A stretch of DNA of 64,000 nt from Eledone cirrhosa (taxonomy: Eukaryota): positions 283,216,001 through 283,280,000 of the forward strand of contig OZ024743.1 in NCBI GenBank assembly GCA_964016885.1, written 5' to 3'. The notes under the pieces were generated by a model. The model was not told where the DNA came from, did no database searches, and worked only from the letters and a program-made list of their open reading frames with translations. The position numbers and the translations under genes were made by a program. Position 1 is the first letter of the stretch, and every line of letters starts with the position of its first letter. Of the stretch, positions 63,921 through 64,000 are shown piece after piece.

Positions 63921-64000
63921 ATTTTTACACACACTTTTTCCATACTGGCATGGGTTGAACTAAACATTTTGAGGCAGTATTCTATTTCTAAGTATTGCAG

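Overview
AT-rich, microsatellite-laden animal genomic DNA. The SINE/LINE repertoire suggests a cephalopod (octopus-like) genome, which is my inference. No host protein-coding gene can be identified, and most ORF-track entries are microsatellite translations or antisense shadows. The window is a transposon graveyard: RTE LINEs (one young 2.9-kb copy with RT and PHD finger), a decayed CR1-type LINE, R4/Dong-, CRE- and Gypsy-like relics, several Penelope-like element (PLE) lineages, tRNA-derived SINEs, mariner and piggyBac MITEs, a Helitron-like element and a cut-and-paste transposase pseudogene. The most striking pattern is a repeated architecture: outward-pointing inverted (fold-back) insertions sitting in (TA)n tracts. 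Several carry minimal type I hammerhead ribozyme motifs in their arms. The same architecture also appears on RTE LINE sequence (a head-to-head RTE pair at 3.4-5.1 kb, and a PLE-type inverted cap on the 5' end of the RTE at 11.8 kb), hinting at PLE/LINE cross-mobilisation or (TA)n-driven fold-back. A probable housekeeping promoter lies near 54.7-55.4 kb. All calls are by eye, without database searches; clade names are tentative.
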